From positions 1 to 62,754 of the IMG/VR virus record IMGVR_UViG_3300020472_000024: DNA of 62,754 bases; one strand, written 5' to 3'. The notes below the pieces were generated by a model. It was given only the letters and a program-made list of their open reading frames with translations. It ran no database searches and was not told the DNA's origin. The stretch's first letter is position 1. Every line of letters begins with the position of its first letter. Origin of the DNA: a virus (Duplodnaviria > Caudoviricetes). Positions 44,455-54,412 of this stretch are shown piece after piece. The position numbers were made by a program, and so were the translations under genes.

Positions 44455-45029
44455 TATTTTTTCCAATACTTATTTGATCGCAAGTTATAAACTAATGCTA
44501 ATCTATTTCGTATGCCATCTGCTTTATAACTATGCCAGGTATGATCGGTTCTACTAAAAGCAAAAGCACGGTTCGGTTTCCAATCAACTTGATAAGGATT
44601 TTTACCTGACTTATCCTCATACAACCAAGTACCTTCGTTTTTTTCAGGTGCAATATAAATCACTACACTTAATAATTTATCTCTACTATCACTATGAATA
44701 GGAAAGACATAATCTCTTCCATTATTTACAACATTTAATTCTGTATATTGATAATGTTGTAGTTTATCTGGCGCTAATTCTGTTAACCATTGCCACATTT
44801 TATCGTGGTATGAATTGTGTATCTCTTTTATTTGATCTTCACTTAAAGGAGATATACCTTCTTTGCCAGATGATGATTGAAAACCTATTTCTATTTTACC
44901 GTCTTTGTAAATCTTGTGTTTATAGATATCCCACTCATCAAATTTTGTATTAAACTCTATATTTCCTATCGTATGTAAATGTCTATGATATAAAAAATTG
45001 TCTTCAATAATATACTTTGGCCACATCAA
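44454..45029 (-). CDS. 2OG-Fe(II) oxygenase
   Basis: HSD, GTWLY, TWHSY, R..L..N motifs. Confidence 0.85.
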   Translation of the reverse strand: MMWPKYIIEDNFLYHRHLHTIGNIEFNTKFDEWDIYKHKIYKDGKIEIGFQSSSGKEGISPLSEDQIKEIHNSYHDKMWQWLTELAPDKLQHYQYTELNVVNNGRDYVFPIHSDSRDKLLSVVIYIAPEKNEGTWLYEDKSGKNPYQVDWKPNRAFAFSRTDHTWHSYKADGIRNRLALVYNLRSNKYWKK

Positions 45030-45034
45030 TTATC

Positions 45035-45292
45035 TCATTTCTTTTTTTTACTCGCCTTTAAATTTACCGTTCCAATAGAATCTAATGGTCTCATTGTAGT
45101 TGGTTCTAGTGAAGTGCTAACTGAATCACCAACACCTGCTGACAAACCTACTCGTCTAGCACTTTTACCACCTTGTCCTTTAGGTGATGTATCAGTACCT
45201 TTTCTACTCAATGCTGCCATCGGTTGTAAACTATCTAATCCACCAACTTTAATAGTTGATATACCTAGATATTCTTTTAAAGATTTAACCAT
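45035..45292 (-). CDS. putative internal head protein
   Basis: N-terminal KSLKEYL, capsid-targeting-like. Confidence 0.55.
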   Translation of the reverse strand: MVKSLKEYLGISTIKVGGLDSLQPMAALSRKGTDTSPKGQGGKSARRVGLSAGVGDSVSTSLEPTTMRPLDSIGTVNLKASKKKK

Positions 45293-45620
45293 TGTATTTG
45301 TCCTTAAATGTTTTGTATTCTTTTTCTTCTTCTACTTTTAATTCTGTTTTACCAAAATGTTTTTCATCTATTGCGTGTTCAATGTTTTCTATCTTTTCAA
45401 TAACACCTCTTAATACTACATTGTTATTGTCATCACTCTCTTTGATTTTTCTTTTGATAGGTTTAGCAAACATCAACGGATCTTTTTTATCTTTTCTAAC
45501 ACCTGGTTCGTGTTTAGGAGGCAATGCAACATTACCACCATCACCAACAGCATTTGCTGGTGCGTCTTCATCAATCTTGTTGATGATTTCATCCATCATT
45601 TCTTTATAATGTTTTGGCAT
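45285..45620 (-). CDS. putative internal head/virion protein
   Basis: IDE/DAPANAVGDG motif; IxE cleavage-like sites. Confidence 0.6.
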   Translation of the reverse strand: MPKHYKEMMDEIINKIDEDAPANAVGDGGNVALPPKHEPGVRKDKKDPLMFAKPIKRKIKESDDNNNVVLRGVIEKIENIEHAIDEKHFGKTELKVEEEKEYKTFKDKYNG

Positions 45621-46089
45621 AGTCAAACTCCGATTTTAATTCTCCATCTTTTTCATATACATCAACACCAAACCAATTACAAACAATTTGATCGTCTGTA
45701 TAAAACTCTGGTATCTCTCTGCTTTCATTTAATATATCTTCATAGAGATTGTTGTCTTTTAAATATGTAATAATAGTTGACTCTATTACATCTTTGTGTT
45801 TTGAATATTCTTTATTCTCTTTTAATAATAAAGCAGCAGCAACAGCAAATGATCCTAACTTACCTTTAATACCTACCTTAGCAAGTATTCTTTTTAAATT
45901 AAAAACAAACCTATGTAGTACCGTATAGGAACGCTTTGCTTCTGTTCCTTTAATCTGTCTATACTTTTGAAGTACCTTACCATCTTTATCAATGATACCA
46001 TACTTAAAAGCAGGTTGTTTTTCAAAAGGTGTTACTAGCATTTTAATAACTCTATATGCAATCAGTAAATCTACTGGTCTATTTGCCAT
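45604..46089 (-). CDS. conserved T4-like hypothetical protein
   Basis: AFKYGIIDKDGK, YTVLHRFVFNLKR. Confidence 0.75.
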   Translation of the reverse strand: MANRPVDLLIAYRVIKMLVTPFEKQPAFKYGIIDKDGKVLQKYRQIKGTEAKRSYTVLHRFVFNLKRILAKVGIKGKLGSFAVAAALLLKENKEYSKHKDVIESTIITYLKDNNLYEDILNESREIPEFYTDDQIVCNWFGVDVYEKDGELKSEFDYAKTL

Positions 46090-46451
46090 TACATTTCCTC
46101 TAATAGTTTCTTAATGTTTTCATCTACTTCAATCTCATTAAGTTCGTGTGGATATAGATAATTCAAGTGTTGTAAAACCGTTTTCAAAATTGGCCAGTAT
46201 TGTTTATCTATTTTGTATAAAAGTAATACACAAGCCGCCTCTACTCCAAAAACATTTTGTAAAACTATAATGTGATTTACAATTAGTCTTACTTTTATTT
46301 CACCTATTAACTTATATCTACGAAATAACCTTTTAAGATATTTGAATCTTTTAATGTCATCATATAATTCCTTATCTTTTTCAAGTGTAGGATTATCATA
46401 ATTCTGCTGTGCATACAGCATCCAATTATCTTTGGTTATCTCTTTGAACAT
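46089..46451 (-). CDS. conserved T4-like hypothetical protein
   Basis: YDNP, DIKRFKYLKRL, RLIVNHII.L.NVFG. Confidence 0.75.
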   Translation of the reverse strand: MFKEITKDNWMLYAQQNYDNPTLEKDKELYDDIKRFKYLKRLFRRYKLIGEIKVRLIVNHIIVLQNVFGVEAACVLLLYKIDKQYWPILKTVLQHLNYLYPHELNEIEVDENIKKLLEEM

Positions 46452-46453
46452 TA

Positions 46454-46897
46454 CTACACTAATTTAGCGTAGACTTTTGATGTTCCGTTTTGTAAAGTTT
46501 CATAAGATACTTCCATCTTTAATCCACCTTCTTTTCTATGAGATATACCATCATCATTTATATCAGAACCATCGGTATCTTTACCAAATCTTCCTCCGAA
46601 TTGAGTCACTTCACAAGAAACTTTACCAGAATCTCCTTGAATATCACAAGGTGATACCGTAAGACCTATTCTTTGTAACTTTTCTCTTAATTCGTCAACT
46701 GCAAATTGAGGTTTCATATATTCCCTTTCGGCAATAGAACCAACAAATGCGTTAACTCTTTTTAAAACATCAGCGTCAGCAATATTATGTACACCTATTG
46801 ATGAATCTTCTACTGAATTTGTAGTTTGTGATCCAACAGCAGCGGCACTTTTATCCGAACCTGAATGTTCGTTTACGTGTTGTTTAAAAGTTTTCAT
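46454..46897 (-). CDS. putative internal head protein
   Basis: MKTFKQHVNE capsid-targeting-like N-terminus; QFGGRFGK. Confidence 0.65.
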   Translation of the reverse strand: MKTFKQHVNEHSGSDKSAAAVGSQTTNSVEDSSIGVHNIADADVLKRVNAFVGSIAEREYMKPQFAVDELREKLQRIGLTVSPCDIQGDSGKVSCEVTQFGGRFGKDTDGSDINDDGISHRKEGGLKMEVSYETLQNGTSKVYAKLV

Positions 46898-47011
46898 TTA
46901 TTTTCCTCTACTTCTTTTTTAACTTCTTTTTTATCCTCAACCTCTTTAGATTGAGTGTCGCCTAAAACATCTTCCTCAAAGTCTTTTAATTCTTCTTCTT
47001 TGATATGTTGT

Positions 47012-47212
47012 TTAAACTTTTTTACCATCTGTTTCTCCCCTACTTAACTTTAAAAGTTTTTCAGTTTGTTGTACAGCACCATAGATTGCGTTTAAGTTAT
47101 TTCTTTGTTTCATAACTTCACCTTCCATAGTTTCTATACCTTTTTTAGTTTTTTCAAAATCAGCTTGCAATACTGCTAATTCTTCTTGCAAAAACTTTTC
47201 ATTAATTGACAT
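47012..47212 (-). CDS. coiled-coil hypothetical protein
   Basis: 66-aa ORF with RBS. Confidence 0.65.
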   Translation of the reverse strand: MSINEKFLQEELAVLQADFEKTKKGIETMEGEVMKQRNNLNAIYGAVQQTEKLLKLSRGETDGKKV

Positions 47213-47230
47213 AATTTAATACTCCTATTA

Positions 47231-47698
47231 TTAACTTACTACTTGGCCATTACCGCCAACTACATTCCACTTACTATCTTTAAACATCATAATTGCACTT
47301 CTACCTGGAGCGTCAATGTTAACTTTTGTACCAGCACCTGCATTGATATTTGTAGGTGTTATAGTAACTGGATTGACACCAGATGTAGAGTTGTTAATTA
47401 TGATTTTGATTTGACCATCTGTACCATCTGCTAAAGTACAAGGACAAGCGCCTGATGAAGCGTTTACCATAGTTGTTGAAGATGTAACCTCAACTTCTAA
47501 AGATGAAGATCCGTCACCTAATATTGTTTGGTGTGTATCTTTTAATCCTAAGTAAGAAGGTATATTATTAAATACATCTTCTGCTGTAACTTTTTTATTG
47601 ATTGGTGTTCCTGATGGATTATCTATTATGTGGAACAAATCCACACTTGCCAATGCGTCACCGAGATCGGTCAACGCCGTTATTTTCTTATCTGCCAT
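47231..47698 (-). CDS. putative virion structural protein
   Basis: [12 protein letters not shown] start; beta-rich [13 protein letters not shown]. Confidence 0.6.
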   Translation of the reverse strand: MADKKITALTDLGDALASVDLFHIIDNPSGTPINKKVTAEDVFNNIPSYLGLKDTHQTILGDGSSSLEVEVTSSTTMVNASSGACPCTLADGTDGQIKIIINNSTSGVNPVTITPTNINAGAGTKVNIDAPGRSAIMMFKDSKWNVVGGNGQVVS

Positions 47699-47778
47699 TT
47701 TTATTCTCCTATTAACCCCTTATGGGGAATGCTATTCTAGGCATACACCTAGACCACTTTGTTCATATAGTATATATA

Positions 47779-47796
47779 AGGGCGCCAAAGCGCCCC
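47779..47796 (-). terminator. GC hairpin (possible terminator/processing site)
   Basis: GGGCGC-caaa-GCGCCC just downstream of 47810..48094; weak U-tract. Confidence 0.5.
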
Positions 47797-47809
47797 TATA
47801 ATTATTTTA

Positions 47810-48094
47810 TTATGCGTTAGATGTTAGGCAAACTAAAGTAGTATATTGTACTCTATTTGCTCTGCCACCTGAACCAGTCGTTTTTAGAACCCATCCTGAA
47901 TGAGCAACCTTTCCAGATTGCGTTTCAGAAGCATTGTAGTTAAATAATCCGTGCGTAGCGCCACTTATAAATGTGCCTGCAGAAGCATTTTCGTACAACG
48001 AAGTTCTATTAGCGCTTGAAGGCGCTACGTTCAACATAGTAGCCGCCCATAATGGCGCTCCACCTGCTGATGATGCTGTTGTCCAACTTGACAT
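47810..48094 (-). CDS. putative virion structural protein
   Basis: Own late promoter and RBS; AHSGWV...GGRANRVQYTTLV motif. Confidence 0.6.
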   Translation of the reverse strand: MSSWTTASSAGGAPLWAATMLNVAPSSANRTSLYENASAGTFISGATHGLFNYNASETQSGKVAHSGWVLKTTGSGGRANRVQYTTLVCLTSNA

Positions 48095-48149
48095 AGTATT
48101 CTCTCCCTTGTTAAATTGTTAAGGTACTCAATTTGTTAGTATATGATAC

Positions 48150-48157
48150 TATTTATA
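48150..48157 (-). promoter_or_regulatory. T4-type late promoter
   Basis: TATAAATA, intergenic. Confidence 0.75.
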
Positions 48158-48167
48158 AGGAAAGATA

Positions 48168-48656
48168 CTAGAAACCTAGTTTTTTGAGTTGTCTAATAGT
48201 GTTTGCGTAAGATGTATGATGTATACCAATTCCACCTCTAGCAGTGAATTGATTAGTGTTTTTAGGGTAATCGTCTATTAATATTGCAGGTTGTCCACCT
48301 GATTTTGCGTATAGTTGTTTCTGTGATCTCTTAACTAGATTGACTCTACCAGCAGAAAGACCTAATTTAGTTCTTGCCCAATGTGATTTTCCAGGTATAC
48401 AATTAGGATCAAAAGTTTGTTCTACATATGCTGATAATATGTGAGGTTGAAACTTTGATATGTAAGACCATAGTTGTCTTCCACCTGCCTGCCAAGGTAA
48501 AGTGTGCCAAAATTTTGGGGTGTCTTTGATTGGTTGCCACTTTTCAGACTTACTAGCATACTGCCATTTAGATATAGGCATACCAGTTACCTTTTCAGCA
48601 GCAGTTTTAAAATCACAAAGAACACCATCCATATCACAATAGATACGAGGTTTCAT
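48168..48656 (-). CDS. HAD-family 5'(3')-nucleotidase/phosphatase
   Basis: IYCDMDGVLCDF, ILS, K..W, LIDD. Confidence 0.88.
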   Translation of the reverse strand: MKPRIYCDMDGVLCDFKTAAEKVTGMPISKWQYASKSEKWQPIKDTPKFWHTLPWQAGGRQLWSYISKFQPHILSAYVEQTFDPNCIPGKSHWARTKLGLSAGRVNLVKRSQKQLYAKSGGQPAILIDDYPKNTNQFTARGGIGIHHTSYANTIRQLKKLGF

Positions 48657-48660
48657 AGTT

Positions 48661-50067
48661 TTAGTATTTGTAATCTACTCTTGGATTCATTTCAGGTGAA
48701 GTTGCAACTTGACCTGTCATTGTTTTTTTCTTTGAATCTCTAGTGTCTGTGTCTGCTTCTTGTTCTTTCTTTTTATTAGACTCTCCGTCAGGTGAGTTTT
48801 TAGGACCTTTACCTTCTTTGATTTCAGCAGCCATCATTGCAAAAGTTTTCCATTCATTCTTTGGTGTTTTAATTATTTCTTTTTCTCCACCAGCACTTTT
48901 TTGATGTCTATTTGCTTTTGCTGTTTGACCCATATGAGTTTCTTTTACTTCTTGTTTTTTCTTATCTTCTTTATCTTTAAGAAGTTTATGAGCAACACCA
49001 ATAGTTAATGGAACCTCACCTGTTTCTTTATTAGGTTCTGGTTTCACAACTTTGTTTTTTTCGTTTTCAATCTTTTGTTTTAATAAATTGATTTGACCTT
49101 GAGCAACTACTAATTGTTTTTCTAATGCGTCTGCGTCTTTAGGTGTTTCTTTAGCAGGTGTTGAATTAGGTTCTACTTCAGATTTTTTTTTCTTAATATC
49201 TTCTGCCATTTGTGCAAAAGTTTTTGTATTAAAAAATCCTTCTTTAACTTCTTCTTTTTTAGGTACACAATTTGGTACTTCTTTACCATCTTTCTTTTTC
49301 ATACCTATCATTTCATAATTTTTCCAACAAGGGTCTTTATCTTCTTTCATTGATGGATCAAAATGTGATAATCTAAAACCATATGGTTTAGATATACGAG
49401 CAGTTGTTTTTTCTGCACCTTCTATTTCAACATCTTCTAAACTTCCGCCACCACCTGGTCCGATTTGTCTTTTTGCTCTTGCCTTGTCTAATTCTTTCAT
49501 TGCCTTATCTTCAGCATCCTTTTCACTATTTGCATTAACAACTACTTCAAAACCATCAGCACCACCGATACCTTTATAACCCATAGTACCTGATACCAAC
49601 CATCTTGCTTCTTCTAAATCTTCTTTAACTTCTTTTTTCTTCATTGCCATCACAGATCCGTATTCTTTTTTCATTGATCTTAATTTAGCAAGGTCTTTGC
49701 CATCAATATCTCCATCTTTATCTTTATCTAATTTCTTTTGACCTCCTACTAAATTTTCTTTCACTTCTTTTTCTTCTTGTTTCTTTTCTTTTGGAATTTT
49801 GCCATCTTTATCTGGCACACAATTAGGTACTTGTCTTCCACCTTTGTCTTTCATACCAACCTTTTTGTATCCTTTCCAACACGCCTCATCAACTTTTGCG
49901 TAAAATTCTTTCTTCTCAGCACCAGTCATATGACCTATAGGTTTGCCTGCCATTTCTAATTGTTTTTTAAAGTTATCTTGGTAGTCAGATTCTAAAACTT
50001 TATTCTGTAAGTTTTTTACCGTATCTTCAATACTACCTTCTTTAGTTTTTAAATATTTTTCTCCCAT
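48661..50067 (-). CDS. putative internal head polyprotein with repeated modules
   Basis: Two CWKxY..xGMK.K.G.xVPNCVP repeats, DKDKDGDIDGKDL EF-hand-like loop, many VKE sites. Confidence 0.65.
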   Translation of the reverse strand: MGEKYLKTKEGSIEDTVKNLQNKVLESDYQDNFKKQLEMAGKPIGHMTGAEKKEFYAKVDEACWKGYKKVGMKDKGGRQVPNCVPDKDGKIPKEKKQEEKEVKENLVGGQKKLDKDKDGDIDGKDLAKLRSMKKEYGSVMAMKKKEVKEDLEEARWLVSGTMGYKGIGGADGFEVVVNANSEKDAEDKAMKELDKARAKRQIGPGGGGSLEDVEIEGAEKTTARISKPYGFRLSHFDPSMKEDKDPCWKNYEMIGMKKKDGKEVPNCVPKKEEVKEGFFNTKTFAQMAEDIKKKKSEVEPNSTPAKETPKDADALEKQLVVAQGQINLLKQKIENEKNKVVKPEPNKETGEVPLTIGVAHKLLKDKEDKKKQEVKETHMGQTAKANRHQKSAGGEKEIIKTPKNEWKTFAMMAAEIKEGKGPKNSPDGESNKKKEQEADTDTRDSKKKTMTGQVATSPEMNPRVDYKY

Positions 50068-51230
50068 TATGGTCTCCTTAATCCTTTATGAAATTTATCT
50101 TTTGCTCTTTTAATTTTTCTATCTAAAACTTTTAGTTTTAGTTTGTCTGAAACCTCTCTATATATTCTTTCAAAGGTTGCCTTACCTGGATGTATATAAG
50201 TTTCATTAGCAGTTTTTAATGCTCTTGCAATAGTAGATACTTTAGATAAATCTTTAGCAATCTTTTCTATTTCTCTTACTGCCTTACTATACATTCCATC
50301 ACTCTTTACAGCAATTTTCATTGCCTTAGCAACTTTATCAGGACCGTATTGAATAGGGTCTGACTCTACTACACTTTTTGGTCTTATTCTTATTTCGTTA
50401 ACAGGTGATGTATTTCTACCCATTTTGTTTATTTTAAAACCTTTTTTTCTTAAATTAGCTGCCTTATTTTGTAAGTCTGCTAAAGTTTCTGCGTCTTCAA
50501 AACCAGCGTGTTTGCCATATCTATCATCATAAGATAGTCTAAATGCCGATTTCTTTTCTTCAAGTTCTTTTCCTTTTGCAGGATCTTTTTCTGCAACTCT
50601 ATATCCAAATCTATATTTTGGTTTTCTACTCTTAGCAAAACTACCTTGTTTTGATGATGTATTAGCACCACCTCTTTCAGAAATATTTTCTTCTTCTTTA
50701 ACTACTTTAACATCTTTAGTACCTTTCATATCACCAGTTTTGTACCACTTAATAAATTTTTCTGCCTCTTGTGAAGTTTTATATTTTCCGTGTATTACTT
50801 TTCCGCCATCTTTTTTTGTAATCTGTACTTTAAATGATTCTCTTACAGGCATACCTTTTTTTACCATACGAGATAATGCTAAACCAGATAAGAAAGGTAT
50901 ATGTTTCTTTCTTAAATCATTTAAAAATGCGTCAGGTATTCTATCAAATATTTTTCTTAATTTGTTTGCCTGATCTATTGAAATTGTTTTACCTTTTAGG
51001 TCTGAATATTGTTTTGATAAAGTATCTAATTGTGACCTTGAAAATTCTTGTAGTTCAACTTCTTCACCTAAAATTTTCTTAACCGTACTTAATGGTAACT
51101 TTAATGCCTTAGCAATTTCTTTAGCAGATTGTCCTTCTTGGTCAGCAGTAAAAATATCTTTCATTCTACCTTCATCTATTTCAAAGTTGAATTGTGCAAC
51201 TTCATCCATTAATGATCTAATATGTTTCAT
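50067..51230 (-). CDS. putative internal head polyprotein with HTH
   Basis: SAKEIAKALKLPLSTVKKIL HTH; modules separated by xxE sites. Confidence 0.6.
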   Translation of the reverse strand: MKHIRSLMDEVAQFNFEIDEGRMKDIFTADQEGQSAKEIAKALKLPLSTVKKILGEEVELQEFSRSQLDTLSKQYSDLKGKTISIDQANKLRKIFDRIPDAFLNDLRKKHIPFLSGLALSRMVKKGMPVRESFKVQITKKDGGKVIHGKYKTSQEAEKFIKWYKTGDMKGTKDVKVVKEEENISERGGANTSSKQGSFAKSRKPKYRFGYRVAEKDPAKGKELEEKKSAFRLSYDDRYGKHAGFEDAETLADLQNKAANLRKKGFKINKMGRNTSPVNEIRIRPKSVVESDPIQYGPDKVAKAMKIAVKSDGMYSKAVREIEKIAKDLSKVSTIARALKTANETYIHPGKATFERIYREVSDKLKLKVLDRKIKRAKDKFHKGLRRP

Positions 51231-51239
51231 AGTTCTTCC

Positions 51240-51551
51240 TTATAGTGCCGAATAAATTTCGTCCCAATTTTTTACTTTTCTTTTTAAATCTGTCATCATC
51301 ATTTTTTCAAGTCTTTGTCTGATAGTAATAGCATCGTTTCCAATAACTCTAGCATAATTATTATGTACTGCTTCTAAACCTGAATATGCGTCTGCTAATT
51401 TTTTATCTCTTAAAATTTCAGCAGCAATATATCTTCTACTTTCAAAGTGATCGTTCTTTGCTGTCTTTGCTCTAATATATTGTAAATTAGTTTTAGACGC
51501 TTCTGTCGCTTCTAATAAATTTTCTCTTACTTCTTTTAATGTTCTTTTCAT
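51240..51551 (-). CDS. putative internal head protein
   Basis: MKRTLKEVRENLLE start. Confidence 0.6.
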   Translation of the reverse strand: MKRTLKEVRENLLEATEASKTNLQYIRAKTAKNDHFESRRYIAAEILRDKKLADAYSGLEAVHNNYARVIGNDAITIRQRLEKMMMTDLKRKVKNWDEIYSAL

Positions 51552-51635
51552 CTTCTTTTTCTTCTTTATCAAACTGCTCGGAGTTTGGTGTGTTGTTTGC
51601 TAGATCATCTAAAAACTTATCAAGTTCTTTATCCA

Positions 51636-53720
51636 TTATAAATTCTTTATCATTTTAGATACGACTTCAGATAACTTTTTCTGCCATTCTTCCTTGTATC
51701 TTTCCTTATATTTATCTATTGTTTCACTTGTAGTTGACCAATCATTTATATCTTTTACAGAAATGTCTGTACTTATTGGTCTTTCTACTACTTTTTCTCC
51801 AGAAGTATTATCTACTGCTGGTTTATATGATCCACCCTCATAATTTGGGTCATATCCGTCTTGTCCTGGGGTTACTTTTATTGTATGTTGAGCATAATCG
51901 TGCCCAATATCGTATGATTCTTTTACTTTATCAGATTCTTCTTCTCTTTTTTCTGATACGGCTTCAAAACCATAATCTATGTCTAAATTGTATTCTCTCA
52001 CTTGTGCCTCTCTATCGGCAGATATAGGTAAACAATCCCATATCCACGCCTTGTGTAAATTATTGTTGTTGTCTTCTAGTACAATATAATTTGTACCTTT
52101 TCTAATCACTTTTCCATTTATATTTTCTTTTATGTGATTAACTTTATCCCCTATATTAAAAATCATTTCTCTTATATAAAGGTCTCTTATTTGATTCTGT
52201 TCAAACTCTTGTAAAGATTTAATTGACTTGTAGTTAGTATCGTATTCCATACTTGCTACTAATCTCATTCCTTTTCTTACATCTTTAAATAAATCATCTG
52301 CGTTTCTGTATCCTGTAGGTACACCTTTTTTAAATGTATCGTAATCATCTTTACTAGCGGCATCCCTCATCTTACTTGCTGACATACCTGATACACCTTC
52401 TGCGTCTGGATCTCTTTCGCCTGCTGATAACACATTTATGTTATCAAAATTATAATGTCCGTGCCTACTTTTAACATCATTATATTTGTTTAGTATTGTT
52501 TCAAATTCTCTTACTCTATCTGAACCAACTACCATAAAAATTTCAGTATATCCTTGTCTGTATAGTTTACTTGCAATATCTAAAACCATATTTGTTGAAT
52601 TGATTTCAATGTTTCTACTATACTTAGGAAACATAAATTTCATATGTGCTAATTTTGTTCTAGGAGATAATGGATTCTTTCTAGGATCATTACTTCTACT
52701 TAAAAATATTTTAAATGTATCTGCTCTAACACTTGCAACTTTCTTAATTAGTTTTTCGTGTCCAGATGTAGGTGGATTAAATCTACCAAAAGTAAATGCA
52801 ATTGTTTTTCTTCTTCTAACTGCTTCTGATTTTAAACTATCTATCTCACTATCTGTTACAACACCATCATCTAATATTTTTTTACATTTTTTATAGAAAG
52901 TTATGTAGTGATACTTCTCTAACATTTTATAGATAACTGCTTTAGGTAATCTATTCTTAATACCGTACTTTCTAATTTCTTCAGGCGACATATCACTATC
53001 AAACGCTGCTCTTCTTTCAGCGTCTACCTTATCACCTACTTTAATTATTAATTCTATATCGTATTCTATTTCCTCTAGTTTATCTTTAACCTTATCTTGT
53101 AAATCTAAAACATCATTTGGAGTTAAACTTTGTAGTTCTTTGTAATCTATTATATCTCTTTTTAGTTCACCTTTAATTACATCTAACTCTTGTACTTTTC
53201 TTTCAAAATCTCTAACATATACAGAAGGATCAAATTTAAAATCTTCAGGTCGTTTAATAAATTTATTTTTACCTATATCAAATACTGCGTCTGCCTTTTT
53301 ATTTTGATCGTCATAAGTTTCTTTATCTGTAATAAAATAATAGTTAATAGGATGTTTTGTACCAGGTATTAATTTACCTTGTATGTTATCAGGATTTTTA
53401 GCAGATAAAAACTTTTGTGATAGTCTTAATCTTTCTTCTTCTTGTTTTTCTTTAGGTACATCAAATAAAACATTGATGTCTAGGTCAGCGTCATTTCTAT
53501 ATCTTCTAGTTAAGATAGAACCTATTAAAGAATAATCTAATATATCATATTCTTTTTTAAACTCCGTAAATTGTTTCATTATCATACCAATAATTTCAGG
53601 TTTGATTTTAGGGTCTTTAGATTCTGGATTAGAGAATACACCTGGAGCATATGTTTGTCTAGGTATGTCTATGACTGCCTCTTTTATTGGTATTGTTTTT
53701 ATGTATTCTTTAAATCTCAT
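51636..53720 (-). CDS. fusion: Pol-beta-like nucleotidyltransferase + HIGH-superfamily cytidylyltransferase-like domain
   Basis: LIGSILT....DADLDINV (GS..DxD); TFGRFNPPTSGHEKL, VVGSDRV, SAGERDPDAEGVSGMSASKMR. Confidence 0.85.
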   Translation of the reverse strand: MRFKEYIKTIPIKEAVIDIPRQTYAPGVFSNPESKDPKIKPEIIGMIMKQFTEFKKEYDILDYSLIGSILTRRYRNDADLDINVLFDVPKEKQEEERLRLSQKFLSAKNPDNIQGKLIPGTKHPINYYFITDKETYDDQNKKADAVFDIGKNKFIKRPEDFKFDPSVYVRDFERKVQELDVIKGELKRDIIDYKELQSLTPNDVLDLQDKVKDKLEEIEYDIELIIKVGDKVDAERRAAFDSDMSPEEIRKYGIKNRLPKAVIYKMLEKYHYITFYKKCKKILDDGVVTDSEIDSLKSEAVRRRKTIAFTFGRFNPPTSGHEKLIKKVASVRADTFKIFLSRSNDPRKNPLSPRTKLAHMKFMFPKYSRNIEINSTNMVLDIASKLYRQGYTEIFMVVGSDRVREFETILNKYNDVKSRHGHYNFDNINVLSAGERDPDAEGVSGMSASKMRDAASKDDYDTFKKGVPTGYRNADDLFKDVRKGMRLVASMEYDTNYKSIKSLQEFEQNQIRDLYIREMIFNIGDKVNHIKENINGKVIRKGTNYIVLEDNNNNLHKAWIWDCLPISADREAQVREYNLDIDYGFEAVSEKREEESDKVKESYDIGHDYAQHTIKVTPGQDGYDPNYEGGSYKPAVDNTSGEKVVERPISTDISVKDINDWSTTSETIDKYKERYKEEWQKKLSEVVSKMIKNL

Positions 53721-54412
53721 TTTCTTTTCTTTAATTCTAGTTCTCTTTTAATCCACGCCATCGCTGTACGATTTTCTGGTTTAGTTCTCATTCTACTTCT
53801 AATAAATTTTGAAGCAGTAGATAGAGTTTTTGTAACTAATTCTTTTTCATCTCTACTATTATCTACAATTAACATTTTAGAAGGACCAAATACTCTTTGA
53901 AACGCACCCATATTTAATTGTACTTTTTGCCAACTTTTCTTTGTAATATATTCTGGTATACTTCTTTCTCTACTTTTATTTCTTTGCAATGCAACGTCTA
54001 AACTTGTATTGACAAATACCATATAACAATCATATCCTATATGTTTTAACATATTAACTTGACTAGATATAACTCCATAATCTCTTCCTGTACTATCAAC
54101 AATTACACCTAATCTTCCTTTAAGATAAGAATCTAATTGTTTTCCAGCAAATTGTTTTGCACCTTTTCTAATCATATCTCTAAAGTATGCTTCTTCATCT
54201 GGCATTTTCATAGACATACCTGCTTTTCTTAAATCTTTTTCAAACTTAACATCTGAATTAACAAGTTTTAAACCTGTGCCAGCAAAAGCACTAGCAGTTA
54301 CAAATGATTTTCCTGAACCAGGACCACCTGCTAAAAAGAATGCTTTAAATATACCAGGATCATAAACACCTTCATTGATATATTGTCTTACTGAATCTAA
54401 TGTCTTCTTCAT
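53717..54412 (-). CDS. P-loop kinase (zeta-toxin/Pnk-like, AAA_33)
   Basis: FLAGGPGSGKS, VNSD, IVDSTG, VALQRNKSRER. Confidence 0.85.
   Translation of the reverse strand: MKKTLDSVRQYINEGVYDPGIFKAFFLAGGPGSGKSFVTASAFAGTGLKLVNSDVKFEKDLRKAGMSMKMPDEEAYFRDMIRKGAKQFAGKQLDSYLKGRLGVIVDSTGRDYGVISSQVNMLKHIGYDCYMVFVNTSLDVALQRNKSRERSIPEYITKKSWQKVQLNMGAFQRVFGPSKMLIVDNSRDEKELVTKTLSTASKFIRSRMRTKPENRTAMAWIKRELELKKRK

Noticed and set aside
53717-54412. Zeta toxin of an epsilon-zeta toxin-antitoxin pair
   Set aside because: No antitoxin evident; late cargo context and tag favour a general P-loop kinase
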